NCBI GenBank assembly: GCA_044222065.1
Contig: JBGAOA010000097.1
Location: 1-10,833 of the forward strand
Source of the DNA: Candidatus Eiseniibacteriota bacterium
GTDB taxonomy: Bacteria; Eisenbacteria; RBG-16-71-46
DNA: 10,833 bases
Direction of reading: 5' to 3'
Below are positions 7,313 to 10,833 of the stretch, in pieces; the first letter of the stretch is position 1; every line of letters starts with the position of its first letter. The notes beneath the pieces are model-generated. The model was given only the letters and a program-made list of their open reading frames with translations, ran no database searches and was not told the DNA's origin. The translations under genes and the position numbers were made by a program.

Positions 7313-7394
7313 ATTTCGCCGTCGTCGAACGCCTCGGATCTGCGACCCGAACGTCCTCGAGGTCCTTGATCCATCGGCAGGACGGCCTGAAAAC

Positions 7395-7410
7395 TTCAAG
7401 TCCTGTGCCA
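7395..7410 (-). promoter_or_regulatory. Putative sigma54 (-24/-12) promoter for the mltD-like gene
   Basis: The minus strand reads TGGCACAGGACTTGAA: perfect TGGCAC, correct spacing, and TTGA instead of TTGC at -12. Confidence 0.55.
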
Positions 7411-7426
7411 CAACCCTCAGCAATCG

Positions 7427-7455
7427 TTGACACTTGCGGACCCCTTGGCTAGCGT
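7427..7455 (+). promoter_or_regulatory. Putative sigma70 promoter for the PEGA-domain gene
   Basis: Perfect TTGACA (7427-7432), 17-nt spacer, TAGCGT (7450-7455), about 60 nt upstream of ATG 7517. Confidence 0.65.
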
Positions 7456-7516
7456 GCGCCAACGCCTGCAACCCAAAGCGCGCACTCACAGCAACTCGGC
7501 AGGGGAAGGAGCCCCG

Positions 7517-10500
7517 ATGAACGTCGCCGCCGGCAACTCCGGCCGCTGGCTGGTTTCGGCCCGCTCGGGTGGTGAAGCTCTATTCGCCCGATACGGCGAA
7601 GAGGGTGCGGAACTGCTGCTCGTCGGCCTTCCGGCGGGCTTCGGCGTCCCGGAAACGGAATCCTGGCTGCGTGACGTGCTGTCGGTGGCGCGCGAAACCG
7701 CGAGCGCCGCGGCCTCCGAAGGTCCGATTCCCGTGCTGCTGCACCACGTGCTCACGGGGCTGTTGTTCTCGCACGCGGAGGTCTGGAGCACGTCCCCGGG
7801 CATCACGCCGGGTTCGCTCGTGTTCGTCGCCGCGGGGCGGCAGGCCGGGTTCGGATTCGTCGGGGACGCGGTTCCCGAAGTGTGGCTGGACGGCCATCGC
7901 GTCGAAGTCGGATGGGTGCGCGTGCGCGACGAGCGCGGCTTCGAAGCCCGGGCCTTCTCGATCGAGTCGGGCCACGCGCTGAGCGTCTCGTTCACGTGGA
8001 GCGATCGACCGAACGCTCCGGGCGCCGACTCGATTCGCGTCGCGGCCGAGTGGATGAACTTCGGCGCCGCCGTGATGACCCAGCCGCCCGCTCCGGCGGC
8101 GGCGATCACGCCTGCGCCCGTCGTCGAGCCCGTCGAGCCGATCGAGCCCGCGGCCGCTCCGTACTCTCCCGAGCCCGCGGCTGCGCCTCTCTCTCGCGAG
8201 GCGACGACGCCGTCGGCGCCCGAACCGGCGTTCACGTTTGACGCGCCGAGCTGGCTCTCGACTTCGAATCCCGTCGCGAACGCGTCGCCCCCGCCGTCGG
8301 AAGCTCTCGCGCCTCCGCCCCCGGCCGCCGTGCTGCGCGCGCTCGAAACCGGAGAGCCGGTCGCCGAGGGATGGGACACTCCCGCGCCCGATCCCGCGCC
8401 GATGTCGGACATCGCGACCGCGATCGCGCGCGCGGCCGAGGCCGAGACGCGCGCATCGCACGAGGACGAGCCCGTGATGGCGTCGGCGCCGGCGCCGGCC
8501 GTCGCGGCTCCGACGCCCGAAGGACTGCTCACGCGCGAGGTCGCCCCGGGCGACGCGCGCTCGGGAGCGAGTTGGGAGACCGTGTTCGAGGGCGAACCCG
8601 CCGAGGACGAGAGCGGGAAGCGCCGCGCAGGGTTCTTCGCCTGGATCGGCGGCCTGCTCGGCGGAAAGTCGCGGCAGAAGGCCGAGGACGAGGTCTACGA
8701 ACGTCGCTTCCCGCGCCGCGCGCCGGCGCCCGCGCCCGCGCCGGAGAAGTCGCTGTTCGACGACGACAACGCCGCGACGGTCGTGGATGCCGCGATCCCG
8801 CTCGCGACGTCGCCCGCTCCGGAAACCGCGAGGAGCGAACTGATCCCGCCGACGCCCGAGCCCGCGGAACTCACCGCGCGCACGGTCGGCTGGAGCGATG
8901 CGGTCGAAGCGCTCACGACGAGCGAGACCGAGGCGCCGATCGGCGCGCCGCTCGACTCGATCGATGTTCCTTCGGCGCCGACGCCCATCGTGCCTCCGAT
9001 CGGCGGCCCGCCGCGCCTCGACCTCTCGGCGCGCGCGTCCGTCGCGCCTCCCGCGTCCGATTCCGCGGCGCCGCTCGAGCTGGCGTCGCCGTTCACGCCG
9101 ATCGAGCCCGAACGCGCGGGCGATTCGACCGCGCCCGTGTGGCACGGGGCCGTGCACGAGATCCCGGCGTCGGACTCGGCGCCCATCCTCGAGCCCGTTC
9201 CTCCGCCCGCGCCGCCGGCCTTCGTGCCGCCGCCCGCGCCGCCCGTTTCGATCGCGCCGCCCGCACTCGCCTCGCCGGCGGCGCCCGCATTCGAACCCGT
9301 GACGCCTCCGGCACCGGCGGCTCCCGCATTCGCACCCCTGACGCCTCCGGCCCCGGTGGCTTCAGAGTTCGCACCGGCCGCGCCCTCCACGCCGATGGCT
9401 GCCGTCGTCGAGCCCGCGATCGCGCCGCCGTCGCCCGCGCCGGTCGTGGCCCCGTCCGCCGCGGCCGCGGAGTCGGCGCCGATCGTGCCGCACACGCCGA
9501 TTCTCGGTGAGGCCGCCGCGCGCGCGTCGAGCCTGCTCGAAGGCACGCCTCCCGCAGACGCCGGGCGCCCCGCGCGCCGACTCGACTGGGAGGCGGAGGA
9601 GCCGAAGAAGAAGATCTCGTTCGAAGGCTGGCAACGTCCCGCGATGATTGCGGCGGGCGTGCTCGCTCTGTTCCTCGGCGGCTGGATCATCGGCGGCATC
9701 CAGGATTCGCGCAGCGGCCGTCAGGGTGGGTTCTCGAAGACGCTTCGCGCGCTCGGCTTCGGCGGCGCGCGCTACGAGCTGACCGTGAACAGCCGTCCTC
9801 CGGGCGCGTGGATCGCCGTGGACGGAAAGGACCTCGCGCGCCGCACGCCCGCGACGATCGATCTCAAACCCGGGCTCCACCAGGTGACGCTGTCGCTCTC
9901 CGACCTCGGCGCTTCGACGTTCGAGGTGCGCGGCGAGCGCGGCGAGCACGTTCCGCTCGATGCGCCGCTGTGGGGCTCCCTGCGGATCGGAGGCGCGGAC
10001 CTGAGCCTGCCGATCACGGTGACGCTCGACGGCGAGAGCGTCGGCTACGTGCCCGTCGAACTCGACAGCGTGCTCCCGGGTGCGCACGAAGTGCGCTTCT
10101 CGGGGCCGGGAATGGCGACGTGGGGGCAAACCGTTCGCGTACGGATCGGCGAGCGCGCGGAGGTGATCGCGCGTCCGATGAGTTCGCCCGCGACCGGACT
10201 CATCGAAGTGCGCGCGTCGTTCACGGACGAAGGCGGCACCGAGACGCTGAACGGCGCCGAAGTGTGGGTGGACGGCCAGCGCCGCGGCGCCACGCCGCTC
10301 ACGCTCGAACTCGATCGCGGGCCGCACAGCGTGCGCGTCCAGTACCAGGGCGAGACCGCCCCGGTGCAGGTGATCGATCTGCCGGGCGGCAACCAGCGCT
10401 TCGCGAACTTCGAGTTCGGGCTCGGCGCGGACCGGCCGACGCTGAACGTCGTCGGCGACGTGTCGCGGATCTCGATCGAGAAGCCGGCCGTGATCTCGGC

Positions 10501-10753
10501 GTCGCTGTCGAGCTTCAATCCCGCGGACGTGCGCGAGATGTGGCTGCACGTGAAGACCGCCGACGGAGGCTGGCGCCGCTACGAGATGTCGGTCATGAAG
10601 GCGACGGGCGCGACGGTCGGCGTGGCGGTCTATCCGCCCGCGGTCGTGGACGGCTCGGGACGCGCGCGCTGGTACGTGAGCGCCGTTGCGAACACGGGCG
10701 ACGAGTTCTTCACGGAGATCCAGACGAGCGAAGTGGTGGCCGCGCGCCGCTGA
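7517..10753 (+). CDS. Single-pass membrane protein with N-terminal globular domain, long Pro/Ala-rich linker, three PEGA domains and a C-terminal beta-rich domain (1078 aa)
   Basis: AAGGAG 5 nt before ATG 7517. TM segment AMIAAGVLALFLGGWIIGGI (9641-9700) is preceded by KKK. PEGA-like units LTVNSRPPGAWIAVDG...TP...PGLHQV, VTLDGESVGYVP...PGAHEV and GAEVWVDGQRRGATP...GPHSV. Confidence 0.88.
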   Translation: MNVAAGNSGRWLVSARSGGEALFARYGEEGAELLLVGLPAGFGVPETESWLRDVLSVARETASAAASEGPIPVLLHHVLTGLLFSHAEVWSTSPGITPGSLVFVAAGRQAGFGFVGDAVPEVWLDGHRVEVGWVRVRDERGFEARAFSIESGHALSVSFTWSDRPNAPGADSIRVAAEWMNFGAAVMTQPPAPAAAITPAPVVEPVEPIEPAAAPYSPEPAAAPLSREATTPSAPEPAFTFDAPSWLSTSNPVANASPPPSEALAPPPPAAVLRALETGEPVAEGWDTPAPDPAPMSDIATAIARAAEAETRASHEDEPVMASAPAPAVAAPTPEGLLTREVAPGDARSGASWETVFEGEPAEDESGKRRAGFFAWIGGLLGGKSRQKAEDEVYERRFPRRAPAPAPAPEKSLFDDDNAATVVDAAIPLATSPAPETARSELIPPTPEPAELTARTVGWSDAVEALTTSETEAPIGAPLDSIDVPSAPTPIVPPIGGPPRLDLSARASVAPPASDSAAPLELASPFTPIEPERAGDSTAPVWHGAVHEIPASDSAPILEPVPPPAPPAFVPPPAPPVSIAPPALASPAAPAFEPVTPPAPAAPAFAPLTPPAPVASEFAPAAPSTPMAAVVEPAIAPPSPAPVVAPSAAAAESAPIVPHTPILGEAAARASSLLEGTPPADAGRPARRLDWEAEEPKKKISFEGWQRPAMIAAGVLALFLGGWIIGGIQDSRSGRQGGFSKTLRALGFGGARYELTVNSRPPGAWIAVDGKDLARRTPATIDLKPGLHQVTLSLSDLGASTFEVRGERGEHVPLDAPLWGSLRIGGADLSLPITVTLDGESVGYVPVELDSVLPGAHEVRFSGPGMATWGQTVRVRIGERAEVIARPMSSPATGLIEVRASFTDEGGTETLNGAEVWVDGQRRGATPLTLELDRGPHSVRVQYQGETAPVQVIDLPGGNQRFANFEFGLGADRPTLNVVGDVSRISIEKPAVISASLSSFNPADVREMWLHVKTADGGWRRYEMSVMKATGATVGVAVYPPAVVDGSGRARWYVSAVANTGDEFFTEIQTSEVVAARR
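9284..9400 (+). repeat. 39-bp coding tandem repeat (13 aa), two good copies plus one degenerate copy
   Basis: Units at 9284, 9323 and 9362 encode PAFEPVTPPAPAA / PAFAPLTPPAPVA / SEFAPAAPSTPMA. Confidence 0.75.
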
Positions 10754-10763
10754 TCCTCCGACG

Positions 10764-10826
10764 CCGAAGTGCGCGGGCCCGTCCACGCGATGGACGGGCC
10801 CGCGGCGTTTCGGGCGCGCACTTCGG
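10764..10826 (+). terminator. Terminator-like nested hairpin after the PEGA gene
   Basis: Perfect 14-bp stem 10772-10785/10791-10804 followed by GCGTTT, plus an outer perfect 12-bp inverted repeat 10764-10775/10815-10826. Confidence 0.65.
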
Positions 10827-10833
10827 GCCGCGG

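Noticed and set aside
7248..7384. c-di-GMP or c-di-AMP riboswitch in the mltD leader
   Set aside because: Such switches often precede cell-wall hydrolases, but I could not find their conserved sequence motifs here.
5355..7430. 691-aa antisense ORF and other long overlapping ORFs (210-1403, 1259-2596, 7580-9157, 9362-10786)
   Set aside because: These are expected stop-poor shadow frames of high-GC genes, with no recognisable domains.
7248..7516. Longer starts for mltD (7433) and the PEGA gene (7427)
   Set aside because: They would overlap each other and the promoter elements. ATG 7247 and ATG 7517 have RBSs, and 7247 gives a proper signal peptide.
5319..10804. Shared GACGGGCC core in the hairpins at 5319-5355 and 10772-10804 as a REP family
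   Set aside because: Only 8 GC-rich bases are shared, which is compatible with chance.

Overview
A very GC-rich chromosomal segment from a diderm bacterium. The PorV-family barrel is compatible with an FCB-type lineage, but taxonomy cannot be fixed from this window. In order: (1) the 3' end of a + strand gene missed by the ORF track, encoding a tandem-repeat Arg/Gly/Glu-rich (RGG) tail; (2) a promoter and heavily structured ~150-nt leader in front of a small membrane-anchored NTF2-like hypothetical protein; (3) a PorV/PorQ-family beta-barrel; (4) a translationally coupled pair of ADP-glucose pyrophosphorylase paralogs, the first catalytically degenerate (GlgD-like) and the second canonical GlgC; (5) a convergent MltD-like lytic transglycosylase with 3 LysM domains; (6) a divergent 1078-aa single-pass protein with a possible degenerate PP2C-like N-terminus, a long Pro/Ala linker and three PEGA domains. 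Four sigma70-like promoters, two face-to-face sigma54-like promoters and several terminator hairpins are visible. I found no rRNA, tRNA, CRISPR array or mobile element. All family assignments come from motif recognition by eye, not database searches.
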